NCBI RefSeq assembly: GCF_902459465.1
Contig: NC_047070.1
Span: 12,400,001-12,464,000 of the forward strand
Source of the DNA: Asterias rubens
Taxonomy: Eukaryota
Reading direction: 5' to 3'
DNA length: 64,000 nt
Both the position numbers and the translations under genes were made by a program. The notes under the pieces are model-generated. The model was given only the letters and a program-made list of their open reading frames with translations, searched no databases and was not told the DNA's origin. The number at the start of each line of letters is the position of its first letter. The first letter of the stretch is position 1. Positions 62,485-64,000 of the stretch are shown one piece after another.

Positions 62485-63732
62485 ATAGTCCTGCTAGACT
62501 TGAGTGCTGCTTTTGAGAATGTTGATCATAACATCCTTCTCTCTCGGCTCCAGAATCACCTTGGCATAGAGGACACAGCCCTATCATGGTGCAAATCGTA
62601 TCTCCACAATAGAACTCAGCATGTATGTATTGGCACTGCGATATCCGACCCTGTTGTTTTGAACTACTCTGTGCCACAGGGGTCGGTACTCGGCCCGCAG
62701 TGGTTTACGCTGTACACTTTAACGATTCGTGACATTATCCTCAAATTTAATCTGAATTACCATGTGTACGCAGACGACACTCAGCTATACATCACGTTTA
62801 AATCTTCTCAAGAAAACGCCAATGCATCTATTGCAAGACTTGAGAAATGCATCCAAGAGATTCGACGTTGGACACCACACAACTTCCTGAAGTTAAATGA
62901 TGATAAGACAGAGTTCCTGTTATTTGGGTCACGTCAACAGTTAACTAAGGTTTCAGTGCCATACATCTCCATCGGTGATGCTCGGATAGCTCCCTCGCTG
63001 AAAGCTCGGAACTTGGGGGTTATTTTTGATTCATCGATGACACTTCAGCCACACATCAACAACATTGTTCGTTTATCATCATATCACATCAGGAATATAG
63101 GTAAGATTCGCAAGTACTTGGACAAAAGTGCCACTGAAAAGGTCATTCATGCATTTGTTACTTCTCGTCTTGACAACGGCAATGCTCTTCTCTACAGTCT
63201 TCCTAACAACCAGATTTCCCGACTTCAACGGCTCCAAAATACTGCTGCCCGCATTGTGACACTGTCTAGAAAATCCTGTTCTATCACCCCCATTCTAAAA
63301 CAACTACACTGGCTCCCTATCTCTCAACGAATCATCTTCAAGCTGATGCTCATTGTCCACAAAGCTCTAAATGGCAAGGCTATATTTCTGAACTGCTTCA
63401 AGTTTACACTCCATCAAGGAATCTTCGATCAAGTTCCATGCTTCTCCTTATTGAACCCAAGTCTCGACACTCATGGGGTGACAGGTCTTTTTCTTCAGCT
63501 GCGCCACGCATCTGGAACTCTTTACCACTTAATCTTAGATCTTGTCTTTGTACCACAACATTCAAATCTCTTCTCAAAACTTATCTTATGTCACAGGTTT
63601 TCAAGGACTAATTTTGTTGTGTCTGTTTTGTTTTGTTTTTGTTTTTGTTTTTGTTTTTGTTTGTTTGTTTTTTTGTTGGTTTTTACTGTGCCTTGAACAC
63701 CCAGCAGGGTGGATACATGCGCATTACAAGTC

Positions 63733-63767
<35 letters not shown>

Positions 63768-63790
63768 TATTATTATTATTATTAATATAC
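62485..63790 (+). pseudogene. 5'-truncated L2-clade LINE with (TTA)n tail
   Basis: LLDLSAAF, PQGSVLGP, YADDTQLY, LKLNDDKTEF, FVTSRLDNGNALL, LHWLPI; tail GCGCATTACAAGTC(TTA)n. Confidence 0.95.
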
Positions 63791-64000
63791 GTTTTGTACT
63801 TGTGGCCTAACATGCTTTGATCATCACAAATGCCAAAACTGATCGCTAATTTCAAAATCCATTGCAAGGTAGCGTTGGATTTTGGATAACGATCCAGGTG
63901 TCTTGGCAGAGCAAGGACATCCAATCAATGGAAGAACATTTTTATTGTATTAACTCCAACTTGTAACTAACCTTGTGCTTTTTATACAGATGTCATTGAG

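Overview
This is an animal nuclear DNA window, AT-rich and dominated by transposable elements. It is probably echinoderm (sea-star-like), which is an inference from the repeat styles and not confirmed. The only recognisable host gene is CIAO1 (WD40 cytosolic Fe-S assembly factor): two minus-strand exons (35005-~34816 and ~8929-8660) about 26 kb apart. Almost everything else is nested mobile DNA: a deleted DIRS retrotransposon, two Ty3/Gypsy LTR elements, several L2/CR1/RTE LINE fragments, an apparently intact hAT transposon with a spliced 798-aa transposase, a broken EnSpm/CMC transposase interrupted by a 3.1-kb foldback element with tandem-repeat arms, Helentron/HINE-like rolling-circle elements, TTAA-type and Harbinger-like MITEs, palindromic mini-elements, tRNA-derived repeats and several satellites (about 330, 148, 42 and 20-21 bp). 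There are no CRISPR arrays, rRNA genes or convincing functional tRNA genes. All family assignments come from motif recognition, with no database searches run.
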